DNA of 64,000 bases from Hyphomicrobium sp. (GCF_035548195.1 NZ_DASZTY010000037.1:13775-77774), one strand, 5' to 3'; counted from the first letter of the stretch, positions 46,191 through 55,930 are shown. Notes: a model not told the origin generated them from the sequence alone. Translations and numbers: made by a program.

Positions 46191-46934
46191 TCAACGCCGG
46201 CTCGCACCGGCGGTGCCGGTCGTGTCGGCCGTTGTTAGTTTCGCTTGCGATGCTGCAACTTTCCGGCCCGCGGGGATAGGCGCCATGACCTCCTTGTGCG
46301 CCTCCACGAGAATGACCCCAGAAACGCCTATAGACATGCTCGTCCCAAAGCGTTCGAGCGTCGGCGCCACGCGCAGAAGAAGCCGGTTGTTCAGGGGCGG
46401 GAAATAGAGCGCCTCGCCCCATTCGTCCGGCGTGAACAAGGCATCCGTCAGCTGCATTTCAAGCTGGCGGCGGCTGAACGGCAGACCGTAGCCGAACGGC
46501 GTCGCATCGATGCGCGACCAAAGTCCACGCCGGTTCGGCACGACGATCAGGATACGGCCGTCGGGCCTCAAAACCCGCCACATCTCGCGGAGTAACGGTC
46601 CAGCTCGCTCGGCTTGCTCAAGGCAATGGACGGCGAGCAGACGGTCGATCGAATTGTCGGGCAGCGGCCACTGCGTCTCCCCGACGAGCACCGTATGGCA
46701 TTGCCCTGTGGACGGCCAAACGAGTGCACCTTGCCGCGCTGGCATCAGACAGGCGAGACGCTTTGCTTCCGTGCGGAAAGGTCCAAGAAATGGTGAAGCG
46801 AAGCCAGAGCCTGCAATCGCCAGGCCGCTGACATTCTTCCACCGCTGCCGAATCGCGGCTGAGAGGTGACGACGCGCCAGCCGGCCAAGCGACGTACGGT
46901 AGAACTCTCGCAGATTTTTCGCGTCCATCGGCAT
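46191..46934 (-). CDS. class I SAM-dependent methyltransferase
   Basis: 247 aa, DNSIDRLLAVHCLEQAERAGPLLREMWRVLRPDGRILIVVPNRRG. Divergent from gloB, a common alphaproteobacterial arrangement. Confidence 0.8.
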   Translation of the reverse strand: MPMDAKNLREFYRTSLGRLARRHLSAAIRQRWKNVSGLAIAGSGFASPFLGPFRTEAKRLACLMPARQGALVWPSTGQCHTVLVGETQWPLPDNSIDRLLAVHCLEQAERAGPLLREMWRVLRPDGRILIVVPNRRGLWSRIDATPFGYGLPFSRRQLEMQLTDALFTPDEWGEALYFPPLNNRLLLRVAPTLERFGTSMSIGVSGVILVEAHKEVMAPIPAGRKVAASQAKLTTADTTGTAGASRR

Positions 46935-47083
46935 AAAACTTGATAGCCGGAGCTTATCCCATCTTGCCCAGACACGCCGCGGCGGTCTAGCCCTCGGGCG
47001 GTAATGGCAGCATGCGTCGCAAGTCAGCCGTGCAGCCTATCCTACCATTTGACATCGACGCCGACCGCTACCAGAGTCGCCCC

Positions 47084-47854
47084 ATGGGATCCCTTGAAAT
47101 CGTTCTTTTACCGTGTCTGGCCGACAATTACTGCGTGCTTCTGCACGAGCCGGAGTCGGGTCAGACCGCTATCGTCGACGCGCCGCATGCCGGTACCATC
47201 AAAACTGCACTGAACGCGCGAAACTGGCGACTCAACCATATCTTTGTCACGCACCACCATACAGACCATACGGCCGGTATTCCCGAGCTTAAGGGGCATT
47301 TCGGTGCGAGCGTGACGGGTCCCGAAGCCGAGGCCGACCGGATTCCGGGGCTGACACGGGGCGTTACGGCATCGACACGGCTCGATTTTGCCGGCCACCC
47401 AATCGAAGTGATCGAGACGCCGGGACATACGCTCGGCCACGTAACTTATCATCTGCCCCAAGACAGCGTTGCGTTTACGGGCGACACGCTTTTCTCACTG
47501 GGATGCGGCAGGATTTTCGAAGGCGATCCGCAGATGATGTGGGATTCGCTGTCGAAAATTGCGGCTTTGCCTGACGATACCCGCATTTACTGCGGGCACG
47601 AGTATACGCTCAGCAATGCTCGTTTTGCGACGAACGTTGAGCCAGAAAACGAGGCGCTGAAAGCACGCGTCGCCGAAATCGAAGCGCTCCGCGCCGCCGG
47701 CAAGCCGACACTTCCGACGACGATCGAAGCAGAGAAAGCCGCGAATCCTTTCCTGCGACCGCAGTCACGTAGAATTCGCGCCAGGCTCGGCCTTGACGGC
47801 GCTCCGGACTGGGAAGTGTTCGCGCATCTCAGGCAACTGAAAAACAAGGCGTGA
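47084..47854 (+). CDS. gloB: hydroxyacylglutathione hydrolase (glyoxalase II)
   Basis: Start refined to MGSLEIVLLPCLADNYCVLLHE. Metallo-beta-lactamase motif THHHTDH, GHTLGH, and CGHEYT. Confidence 0.9.
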   Translation: MGSLEIVLLPCLADNYCVLLHEPESGQTAIVDAPHAGTIKTALNARNWRLNHIFVTHHHTDHTAGIPELKGHFGASVTGPEAEADRIPGLTRGVTASTRLDFAGHPIEVIETPGHTLGHVTYHLPQDSVAFTGDTLFSLGCGRIFEGDPQMMWDSLSKIAALPDDTRIYCGHEYTLSNARFATNVEPENEALKARVAEIEALRAAGKPTLPTTIEAEKAANPFLRPQSRRIRARLGLDGAPDWEVFAHLRQLKNKA

Positions 47855-47876
47855 TCGACTGAGCAATGGGTGCGAC

Positions 47877-48311
47877 GTGACGTCCGATCTTTCTGCCGAC
47901 GACATCATCGCGCTTCTGGAATTAGCACCGCATCCTGAAGGCGGGCATTTTCGGGAGACGTTCCGCGATAACGCCGCCGACGGCGAGCGCGCGGCTTCCA
48001 CCGCCATCTACTTTCTGTTGAAAGCCGACGAGCAGTCCCATTGGCATGCGGTCGATGCCGTGGAGGGCTGGCATTATTATGCCGGTGCGCCCTTGAGGCT
48101 CGAAATCGCGCCGAGCGGGGGGCCGATCACGGCCATTCGACTCGGGCCGGACTTGCCCGGAGGCGAGCGTCCGCAAGCCGTCGTTCCCAAGGGACATTGG
48201 CAACGGGCACGCAGTCTGGGCCCGTGGACGCTTGTCGGGTGTACCGTTGCTCCCGGCTTTTCGTTTGCCGGATTTACGCTTGCGCCTCCCGGTTTCTCGC
48301 CCGCCGATTAA
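47877..48311 (+). CDS. cupin domain protein (DUF985 family)
   Basis: 144 aa with a GTG start. Motifs: LAPHPEGGHFRETFR, STAIYFLL and SHWHAVDAVEGWHYY. Confidence 0.8.
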   Translation: MTSDLSADDIIALLELAPHPEGGHFRETFRDNAADGERAASTAIYFLLKADEQSHWHAVDAVEGWHYYAGAPLRLEIAPSGGPITAIRLGPDLPGGERPQAVVPKGHWQRARSLGPWTLVGCTVAPGFSFAGFTLAPPGFSPAD

Positions 48312-48511
48312 GCGGCGAAGCTGCAACAGCTCAAAACCTTTCGGCTGTCATCCACACGCTGTCCCCAGACTCGATTTCGGCAAGCGTGGCGCATCCGCCT
48401 TCCATCCACGGCTTATTTGTCTCTTTGCATATCGGCTTAGCTGGCTCTGCTTGCTGGCGGCCTCAGACTCGTCAACATTGACCCCGAATCAAGTTCCGAT
48501 TCACACGGGGG

Positions 48512-50479
48512 TTGCAGTCCATGAAACGCGAGTCCTCAGGACCCGTCCTAACCACGGTGTTTGTCGACTACGACAACATCTATCTTTCGCTGAAGCGCAA
48601 AAACGAAGACGCCGCGAAGCGCTTCGCAAAAGACAGCAGCATCTGGCTGCAGGGCATCGTCTCGGGTGAACTGATCACGTCGACATCGCCGTTTCTTGCT
48701 GCGTCGGAACGGCGGATCGCGATGAACCGCTGCTATGGCAATCCCGTCCCGCGCCGCAATGCGCACGATAATTCGACGGATATGAACTCATTCCCGTTCA
48801 TCCGGCATCACTTCCTGCGCGCTGGCTTCGAGGTGATCGATTGCCCGCCATTGACGGCTCAGTTGAAGAACTCGGCGGACATCCGCATCGTGATGGACGT
48901 TCGCGACATTCTCAATCATGACACCCACTTTGATGAGTTCATCATCCTATCCGGCGATGCCGATTTCACCCCTTTGTTGCATCGGCTTCGGGCCCATGCC
49001 CGGCGTACGATCGTTTTTGCGAACGATCACACGGCGCAGCCCTATACCGCAATCAGCGACGGCGAAATTCGCGAGTCCAACCTGATCGCGATGCTGACAA
49101 ATACACGCGCGATCTCAGGTGAAAGTCCACGCGAGATTTCGGCTCAGACTTCCACGCCGGTCATCGACGTTGAGGCAGCGCGCAAGTCGATCCTTACCGA
49201 GGTGGTGGATTTCGTGCGCGGCGCGCCGCAGGCGGTGCCGCTCGAAACGCTTGCGGATCGGGCCGTCCGCGTCATCGGGCGTGACAAGACAATCGGCACC
49301 AATTGGGGCGGCTACGGATCGTTCCGCGACCTCCTACTGGCCGATTTGCCTGAAGACATCCATCTCAGCGATACGGCGCCCTATACCGTGTTTGACGGCA
49401 ACCGGCACATTTCATCTGCCGGATTGATCGCGCCGCAGCTCGCGCCCCCGGCCACGGAGCCGCGAACGCGCGAATTGCCCTCCGAGCTTTCGGCAGACGC
49501 GCAGACGCTGAGCCGTTCGCCGCTATCTGAGATGCAAAAGCCGGCGCAGCCCGCCGCACCGCTGCAGCAGCAATCGCCTCCGTCGAGTCCCTACCATTCG
49601 GCGACGCCGCAGACGCGTTATGCGCCTTCGAGTGCGGGGTCATTACCACCTGCACCGCCGATCTCCTCGCGGCCTAGCGAGGCAACTTCGGCTGCGGCCC
49701 CTCAAGCGCCCCGCCAACCGATGCAGGCTCAGCGTCCGATAGCGCCACCACCGTCGCAACAGACCGCTTATCAACCCAGCCAGCCGCGCGACATGCCGCG
49801 CGCGCCAGCCTCGCCGACACCGCCGCCGATGTCCGCGCAGCCGCAATCGCGCAACGGCGATCAAGCGACCCAGATTCAGCAGTCTATCGCGCGCATCCAC
49901 GAGGCCTGCCAGGCGCCTGCTCTCGCGCCTGCGGAATATCGCGTGCTCTTCGACGTCATGTCTCAAGAGATTACGGCGAATGGGCTCCAGGGCGCGCAGA
50001 CGCTGGTGAACATCACGCAGCGCGCCCGCGAGTACGGGCTCGATATCAAGCGTGATGACCTTCGGTTTATCTACGATGTCATCAGCGAAAGCGATCCCTG
50101 GTTCGAACAGGGCACATCGGCAACGCTGTTTGCGAGCCGCTTCCGCACCTTCGTCGTCGCGCGTTGCCGTAGCCAAGGCCTCAGTCTTTCGGCCGACGAA
50201 CTCGATTTGATCGAAGCGTGGTTCTCGGCGCCGCAGCCAACGGGGTCTCAGCGCGCGCTGTCGTATGGGCGGGGCGCGCAGGCACCGGCGGCGGCTCCTG
50301 CCCCCCAACTCTCCAAAACCGCTCAAGTGCCGCAGACGGGCGATCAATGGTGGAGCCTTGATGAGGGGCGCCAGCCTGCGGGCCAGCGCAACACGGACCC
50401 ACGCGGCGCGAACCCTTACGCGCAAACACAGGCGGAAGAAGAATTTCCGCGCATCGTGAGATCGCGTTTCAGGGGTTGA
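48512..50479 (+). CDS. NYN (LabA-like) nuclease-domain protein with OST-HTH/LOTUS-like module, Pro/Gln-rich spacer and uncharacterised C-terminal domain
   Basis: 655 aa with VFVDYDNIY, NSADIRIVMDVRDIL and IILSGDADFTPLLHRLR (NYN acidic residues). Residues about 215-290, ILTEVVDFVRGAPQAVPLETLADRAV...WGGYGSFRDLLLADLPE, look OST-HTH-like. The start could be M1 or M4. Confidence 0.8.
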   Translation: MQSMKRESSGPVLTTVFVDYDNIYLSLKRKNEDAAKRFAKDSSIWLQGIVSGELITSTSPFLAASERRIAMNRCYGNPVPRRNAHDNSTDMNSFPFIRHHFLRAGFEVIDCPPLTAQLKNSADIRIVMDVRDILNHDTHFDEFIILSGDADFTPLLHRLRAHARRTIVFANDHTAQPYTAISDGEIRESNLIAMLTNTRAISGESPREISAQTSTPVIDVEAARKSILTEVVDFVRGAPQAVPLETLADRAVRVIGRDKTIGTNWGGYGSFRDLLLADLPEDIHLSDTAPYTVFDGNRHISSAGLIAPQLAPPATEPRTRELPSELSADAQTLSRSPLSEMQKPAQPAAPLQQQSPPSSPYHSATPQTRYAPSSAGSLPPAPPISSRPSEATSAAAPQAPRQPMQAQRPIAPPPSQQTAYQPSQPRDMPRAPASPTPPPMSAQPQSRNGDQATQIQQSIARIHEACQAPALAPAEYRVLFDVMSQEITANGLQGAQTLVNITQRAREYGLDIKRDDLRFIYDVISESDPWFEQGTSATLFASRFRTFVVARCRSQGLSLSADELDLIEAWFSAPQPTGSQRALSYGRGAQAPAAAPAPQLSKTAQVPQTGDQWWSLDEGRQPAGQRNTDPRGANPYAQTQAEEEFPRIVRSRFRG

Positions 50480-50532
50480 AGAAGCGGGATCGCGGGTCTC
50501 GCTTCCAACGCTCCAATAATTTCGCGAAACAA

Positions 50533-50561
50533 AAATGGCCGCCCTTTCGGGGCGGCCATTT
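50533..50561. terminator. bidirectional intrinsic terminator between the NYN gene and phaB
   Basis: Perfect 12-bp stem AAATGGCCGCCC / GGGCGGCCATTT with a 5-nt loop, flanked by A-run and T-run. Confidence 0.7.
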
Positions 50562-50591
50562 GAATTTCCGGCTTCTGCGATTGCGAAAAAC

Positions 50592-51320
50592 TCAGCTCGC
50601 CAGATATTGACCGCCGTTGGCCGTCAGCGTCGATCCGGTGATGAAGCTCGCGTCGTCGGATGCGAGGAAGACTACGCAGCGCGCGATCTCGCTGGGCTCG
50701 CCAAGGCGGCCGACGGGGATGTGTGGCAGAATACTCTTTTCGATAACTTCCTGCGGCACAGCCTTGACCATTTCCGTCGCAATATAGCCCGGGCAGATGG
50801 CGTTGACGGTGATCCCTGCGCGGGCACCTTCCTGCGCCAATGCCTTCGTAAAACCGATGTCACCTGCTTTCGACGCCGAATAGTTGACCTGGCCCATCTG
50901 ACCTTTCTGACCATTGATCGATGAGATGTTGATGACGCGGCCGAATTTGCGGGCGCGCATGCCTTCCCAAACCTGGCGGGTCACGTTGAACAGGCTGTTG
51001 AGGTTTGTGCCAATAACCTCGTCCCACTGCTGCTTCGTCATCTTGTGAAACATGGTATCGCGCGTGATGCCCGCGTTGTTGACGAGCACTTCAATCGGAC
51101 CGACGTCCTTCGTGATTTGCTGGATTGCTTTTTCCGTCGCTTCGTAATTGCCGACATCGAATTTGTAGACGGGGATGCCAGTCTCAGCCTGAAACTGCTG
51201 CGCGGCTGCATCATTGCCGGCGTAGCTCGCAACGACACGATAGCCGCTGTTCTTCAATGCAATCGATATCGCGTGACCAATGCCGCGCGTGCCTCCGGTG
51301 ACGAGGGCGACCCGTGCCAT
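50592..51320 (-). CDS. phaB: acetoacetyl-CoA reductase
   Basis: 242 aa with [19 protein letters not shown] and YSASKAG. Adjacent to phaA. Confidence 0.92.
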   Translation of the reverse strand: MARVALVTGGTRGIGHAISIALKNSGYRVVASYAGNDAAAQQFQAETGIPVYKFDVGNYEATEKAIQQITKDVGPIEVLVNNAGITRDTMFHKMTKQQWDEVIGTNLNSLFNVTRQVWEGMRARKFGRVINISSINGQKGQMGQVNYSASKAGDIGFTKALAQEGARAGITVNAICPGYIATEMVKAVPQEVIEKSILPHIPVGRLGEPSEIARCVVFLASDDASFITGSTLTANGGQYLAS

Positions 51321-51409
51321 AACGTTTTCTCCCTGGCTTTTCTATTTTGTGAGAATTCGGTGGAAGGGGTGCAGCCACATTTGCCTCATGAGGCTGCACA
51401 AAGTTTTTG

Positions 51410-52600
51410 TCAGTCGCGGGCGACGCACATGGCGACGCCCATACCACCGCCGATGCAAAGGGTTGCAAGGCCTTTCTTGGCGTCACGGCGCTGCATTTCG
51501 AAAAGCAGTGTGTTGAGGATGCGTGCTCCCGACGCGCCGATCGGATGGCCGATAGCAATTGCGCCACCGTTGACGTTGACCTTGTCCGTGTCCCAGCCGA
51601 GACCTTTGTTCACTGCGAGCGCCTGAGCGGCGAATGCTTCATTGGCCTCGATGAGGTCAAGGTCTTTCACCGACCAACCCGCTTTCTCGAGCGCTTTCTT
51701 GGAAGCGGAGATCGGGCCGGTGCCCATGATCGATGGATCAACGCCGGTCGTCGCCCACGAGACAATGCGTGCGAGAGGCTTGATGCCGCGTTTCTTGGCT
51801 TCTTCGGCCGTCATCAACACCACGACGGCGGCGCCGTCGTTAATGCCCGATGCATTGGCCGCCGTGACCGTGCCTTCCTTCGGGTCGAAGGCCGGGCGGA
51901 GCTTCGCCACGCTTTCAAGCGTAACGCCTTCCTTGATATACTCGTCCTGATCGACGACCGTCTCGCCCTTCTTTGTCTTGATGGTTACGGGCGTGATCTC
52001 GTCCTTGAACTTGCCTGCCTTTCGGGCAGCTTCAGCTTTGTTTTGCGAAGCGACGGCAAATTTATCCTGTTCTTCGCGCGTGATCTGCCATTGACGGGCG
52101 ACGTTCTCCGCCGTCGTACCCATGTGATAGTTGTTGAAAGCGTCCCAGAGGCCGTCTTTGACCATCGTGTCGATGAGTTTCATGTCGCCCATCTTGGTGC
52201 CATCGCGCATATGAGCAGCGTGGTTCGACCGGCTCATGCTCTCCTGGCCACCTGCGACGACAATAGTTGCATCGCCAGTTTTGATTTGCTGCATGCCGAG
52301 GGCCACGGCACGAAGCCCAGAGCCGCAAATCTGGTTGACGCTCCAGGCCGGCGAATCCACTGGGATGCCTGCGCCGACGGAGGCTTGACGGGCGGGACCT
52401 TGACCCTGCGCGGCTGTCAAAACTTGTCCAAGGATAACTTCGGATACGTCACCCGGTTGAACGTTGGCGCGCTGCAGAGCGGCCTTGATCGCGATTTCGC
52501 CCAATTTGGAGGCAGGCAGCGACGCCAGCGAGCCGTTGAACGAGCCGACGGGTGTCCGTGCCGCGCTCGCGATTACTATCGTCGAAGAATCGTCGCTCAT
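51410..52600 (-). CDS. phaA: acetyl-CoA acetyltransferase (beta-ketothiolase)
   Basis: 396 aa with [12 protein letters not shown] (active Cys), [17 protein letters not shown], and CIGGGMG. Confidence 0.93.
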   Translation of the reverse strand: MSDDSSTIVIASAARTPVGSFNGSLASLPASKLGEIAIKAALQRANVQPGDVSEVILGQVLTAAQGQGPARQASVGAGIPVDSPAWSVNQICGSGLRAVALGMQQIKTGDATIVVAGGQESMSRSNHAAHMRDGTKMGDMKLIDTMVKDGLWDAFNNYHMGTTAENVARQWQITREEQDKFAVASQNKAEAARKAGKFKDEITPVTIKTKKGETVVDQDEYIKEGVTLESVAKLRPAFDPKEGTVTAANASGINDGAAVVVLMTAEEAKKRGIKPLARIVSWATTGVDPSIMGTGPISASKKALEKAGWSVKDLDLIEANEAFAAQALAVNKGLGWDTDKVNVNGGAIAIGHPIGASGARILNTLLFEMQRRDAKKGLATLCIGGGMGVAMCVARD

Positions 52601-52813
52601 TATCGCCCCTCCCTGGGCTTCTTTCTTTGAGATATTGTCGTTTGCCTCGCGCGACGCCGGTTCGTTGCGGTGTCAGAAAGCGTAAATCACTTTGCAGTGT
52701 GTGGCTATTTTCGGCAATTGCGACCTCTTGCCTAGACTGCCCGTTTGCGTTGGGCTCGCCCCGCCCAAAAGAGTGACAGAAACGGCTGGCGGGCAGCCTA
52801 TATGGTGTGGTAC

Positions 52814-52829
52814 GCTGCCGCAGTGCAGC
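52814..52829. promoter_or_regulatory. TGC-rich inverted repeat, candidate PhaR operator
   Basis: GCTGC-CGCAGT-GCAGC (also contains CTGC-C-GCAG), about 40 nt upstream of the phaR start in the phaA/phaR divergent region. Confidence 0.3.
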
Positions 52830-52869
52830 AACAGGCGCCCTTAACCGTCGGGAAGAGAACGCGAACGCG

Positions 52870-53517
52870 ATGTTGAGCAACCCAGAACCTCAGGCACAGG
52901 CTCCGAAACGCGAAGCCGTCGTTGTCAAGAAATATGCGAATCGGCGTCTTTATAACACCGAGACCAGCACGTACGTCACGCTTGAAGACCTTGCGAAGAT
53001 GGTGCGAAGCGATCGTGATTTCGTCGTTTACGATGCCAAGAACGGCGACGACCTCACGCATGCGGTCCTGACGCAGATCATCGTCGAGCAGGAAAGCCGC
53101 GAAGGCGGACAGGCTCTTTTGCCTATTCCGTTCCTACGGCAGCTCATTCGCTTCTATGACGATAGCATCGCCCGGATGGTACCAAGCTATCTTCAATTCA
53201 GCCTTGAGCATTTGGCGAAGGAGCAGGTTCGGTTCCGCGAGCAGTTCGCGACGGCTTTCTCGAACCCCGCTGCGGCATTCGAATTTTATCAGCAGCAGGC
53301 GCGGCAAAACATGGCGATGTTCGAACAAGCGATGTCGATGTGGGCGTCGTTTGGAACTGCAGCAAGTGGGCAGCGCGGCGCAATGCCGGCCGACCAGCAG
53401 AACGCTCCGGCGCAGAACGCGACGCCGGAAGGCGGCCGCGATGAGCTCAACGAGCTCAAATCTCAACTCTCGGCCATGCAGCAGAAAATCGAAAAGCTGT
53501 CGCAGTCGCGGCCCTGA
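52870..53517 (+). CDS. phaR: polyhydroxyalkanoate synthesis repressor PhaR
   Basis: Start refined to MLSNPEPQ... Hallmark IKKYANRRLYNTETSTYVTLEDL-type motif (VVKKYANRRLYNTETSTYVTLEDLAKMV). Confidence 0.9.
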   Translation: MLSNPEPQAQAPKREAVVVKKYANRRLYNTETSTYVTLEDLAKMVRSDRDFVVYDAKNGDDLTHAVLTQIIVEQESREGGQALLPIPFLRQLIRFYDDSIARMVPSYLQFSLEHLAKEQVRFREQFATAFSNPAAAFEFYQQQARQNMAMFEQAMSMWASFGTAASGQRGAMPADQQNAPAQNATPEGGRDELNELKSQLSAMQQKIEKLSQSRP

Positions 53518-53578
53518 TTATCTCGCCTGCGGCATGCAGCGGGGTCATCGCTAGGCGCCGGCTGGGATCTACCATGGT

Positions 53579-55351
53579 TCAGCGGTCGGACACGTAGTCT
53601 TCCGCATCGATTGGCATGCCATAATAGAAGCCCTGCATATAAGTGATGCCGGCCTCGGTCAGCAGCTTCACCGACTGCTCGTCGCTGACCCATTCGGCGA
53701 CCGTTTCCATACCAATCTTGCGCGCGAGATCGACCATCGTTTTGATGAAGATCTGGTCGGACGTATCGTTCGCGAGGTTTTTGACGAAGACACCGTCAAT
53801 CTTGACCATATCGACGTTGAGCACCTTCAAGTTCTTGAAGGAGGTGTAGCCGGCTCCAAAGTCGTCGATTGCAACGCGGCAACCGAGTTCCTTCAGCGTA
53901 TCCACAAAATTGATCGACTGGTTGAGGTCTTCAATCGCCGCGGTTTCGGTAATTTCGACAATAAGCCGGTTCAGAAGATCTTTGCGGCCATCGGTCAGTC
54001 TCCGCAGCGCAGCGATCCATTCGCGATCCGAGCACGTCAGTCCAGACACGTTCAGCGACAAAATAAGATCGGAATGCTTTTTCAGCAGGTCGATCGTCAG
54101 TTCAAGTGTCCTGCGATCGATCAGGCGCGAAAGTCCGAGTTGTTCGGCAACAGGCACAAACTCGCCGGCAGATATAAACTGGCCGTCGGGCTTTTCCATC
54201 CGAAGCAAGCATTCGTATATCTCGGGTTTCCCTGTTTTCGCCGACACCATCGCTTGCAGGACAAGCCGCATGCGATTGTCGTCGAGCGCCTCGATCACGC
54301 TGTCCGCGATCGCTCGGTTGCGTACTCGTAGACTTTCGTGGCCCGGGACCGACTTATAAAGCACGAAACAATCGATCCGCTTCGATCGTGCGGCGTCCAG
54401 AGCGCGCAGTGCAAAGTTCACAGCATCCTGAATGCCGTTTGCCTGGTCCGGGATAACCACGCCTCCGATCGATACCGTAATCGACAGCTGTCCCGCCGAT
54501 GTCTTGATCGTCGTATCGCGGACGACCTTCAGGAAACGCTCGGCCGCTGTGCGAACGGCATCCGCCCCGCAATTCAGCATGATGATGCCGAACTTGTTCG
54601 ACGAATAGCGGCCGAGAACATCTCCCCCACGCAATTTGGCGCGAATTCGGCGTGCCGCTTCTGCGATGGCCTCATCGCCGACTGCGATGCCGAACGTGTC
54701 GTTGATGACCGCCAGATTATTCACGGAAAGCATCAAAAACGCGCACGGTTGCGGATCGCGCTCAATGCGGGTGAATACAGCACCGAGCGCCTCGGTCAAT
54801 CGAATGCGGTTGAGCTGGCCTGTGAGTTCATCGAAGTCGTTGCGAATGAGCAAGCGTTGCTGTTCGAGGTATTCGTCCTGGACTACCCTTATGACGCCCC
54901 GCGCAATCACGGGGTGACCGTCCGGCCCGGGCCACCAACGGCCATGATCTTCAACGCGTATCGTCTTGCGACTTCGCCCGCCCTTCGGGTTCAGCCGATA
55001 TTGAATACGGAAAGCGACGCCGCGCACACGGTCGGTTGCAACGCCACGGGAAAAAACTTCGAGTCTGTCATTGAGGTGCTCCGGCGCGATCAGAGCGTGA
55101 TATCCTGCACCCGTTGAGATTTTGTCGAGATCGCAAACGCCCAGCACTGCGCCGGCGTTGCTCTCCCAATCGATGCGTCCAGAGACCAGGTCCCAGGCAT
55201 ACGCTGTCTCTTCGATTGACGAAAGAATGCCGACAAGATCGAATTGGTCGTGTTCGGCCAGCGAACCACGCTCGCGATGCGGGTCAGGCTGGGCTTGCCC
55301 TCCCTCGTCTCCCTCCTGCCCTTGTCCGGGGACGTTGGTCGGGGAAGCCAA
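53579..55351 (-). CDS. PAS-GGDEF(degenerate)-EAL signalling protein, probable c-di-GMP phosphodiesterase
   Basis: 590 aa. The GGDEF position reads SSNKF (54590-54604), with RGGD (RxxD) 5 residues upstream. EAL domain motifs: YECLLR, DDFGAGYTSF, VKIDG and AEWVSDE...MQGFYYG. Confidence 0.88.
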   Translation of the reverse strand: MASPTNVPGQGQEGDEGGQAQPDPHRERGSLAEHDQFDLVGILSSIEETAYAWDLVSGRIDWESNAGAVLGVCDLDKISTGAGYHALIAPEHLNDRLEVFSRGVATDRVRGVAFRIQYRLNPKGGRSRKTIRVEDHGRWWPGPDGHPVIARGVIRVVQDEYLEQQRLLIRNDFDELTGQLNRIRLTEALGAVFTRIERDPQPCAFLMLSVNNLAVINDTFGIAVGDEAIAEAARRIRAKLRGGDVLGRYSSNKFGIIMLNCGADAVRTAAERFLKVVRDTTIKTSAGQLSITVSIGGVVIPDQANGIQDAVNFALRALDAARSKRIDCFVLYKSVPGHESLRVRNRAIADSVIEALDDNRMRLVLQAMVSAKTGKPEIYECLLRMEKPDGQFISAGEFVPVAEQLGLSRLIDRRTLELTIDLLKKHSDLILSLNVSGLTCSDREWIAALRRLTDGRKDLLNRLIVEITETAAIEDLNQSINFVDTLKELGCRVAIDDFGAGYTSFKNLKVLNVDMVKIDGVFVKNLANDTSDQIFIKTMVDLARKIGMETVAEWVSDEQSVKLLTEAGITYMQGFYYGMPIDAEDYVSDR

Positions 55352-55501
55352 AGCTCGAACCTCGAATGCGTATGTGCGCTCACCGTGAGCGGAACGTCGT
55401 TCAGTGTGGTTATCAGTGCCGAAAATAAAGGCCGCTAGTCTCTATAGACTAACGCTTTTTGAAAAACTGTAATCAAGCGGATCAGTTTCTCCAGACTTAA
55501 T

Positions 55502-55522
55502 GCACAACCTTTAAGGTTGTGC
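55502..55522 (-). terminator. hairpin immediately downstream of the 134-aa membrane protein gene
   Basis: GCACAACC / GGTTGTGC form a perfect 8-bp stem with a 5-nt loop, starting 4 nt after the stop codon (55526-55528). Confidence 0.5.
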
Positions 55523-55525
55523 CCA

Positions 55526-55930
55526 TTATTGGTCGGCGCCGATGTTAAGATCGCGCCGGGCGACGCGAATGCCGATCGTATAGCCGCCGATTACGTCGAT
55601 GAGCGTCGCGATCAAAATCAGGAAGAAAACCGACGTTGCCGCCTGCGGGACGGTGAGAAACTCAGCCCCGACGGCCATGAATACAACCATCGAAAGCGCA
55701 TGATCGATCAGCGTCGATGTCGTCGTGAATGTCGATTTCACAATTTCGATGAAAAGAAGAACGAGCGTCACAAGCAGAATGAAATCGCCCCACGTGAAAA
55801 TCCAATCGCCGCCGCTCAGGAGCCGAACGTGAAAGATCTCCTTGCCTAGCGCTTCGAGACCCAACGACATGACGACAGCGTTGTAGAGAACAAAGGCGAG
55901 GACCAAGAGCGGAATGGCTCTAACTGACAT
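55526..55930 (-). CDS. small integral membrane protein (4 predicted TM segments), function unknown
   Basis: 134 aa, MSVRAIPLLVLAFVLYNAVVM... FILLVTLVLLFIEIV ... VFFLILIATLIDVIGGY. Hydrophobic periodicity is consistent with a real membrane protein. Confidence 0.65.
   Translation of the reverse strand: MSVRAIPLLVLAFVLYNAVVMSLGLEALGKEIFHVRLLSGGDWIFTWGDFILLVTLVLLFIEIVKSTFTTTSTLIDHALSMVVFMAVGAEFLTVPQAATSVFFLILIATLIDVIGGYTIGIRVARRDLNIGADQ

Noticed and set aside
48340-48420. DnaA-box-like strings (TCATCCACA at about 48349-48357, CCATCCACG nearby) upstream of the NYN gene
   Set aside because: These are single imperfect matches without clustering, an AT-rich unwinding element, or ori-linked genes (hemE, dnaA, parAB). 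Most likely chance.
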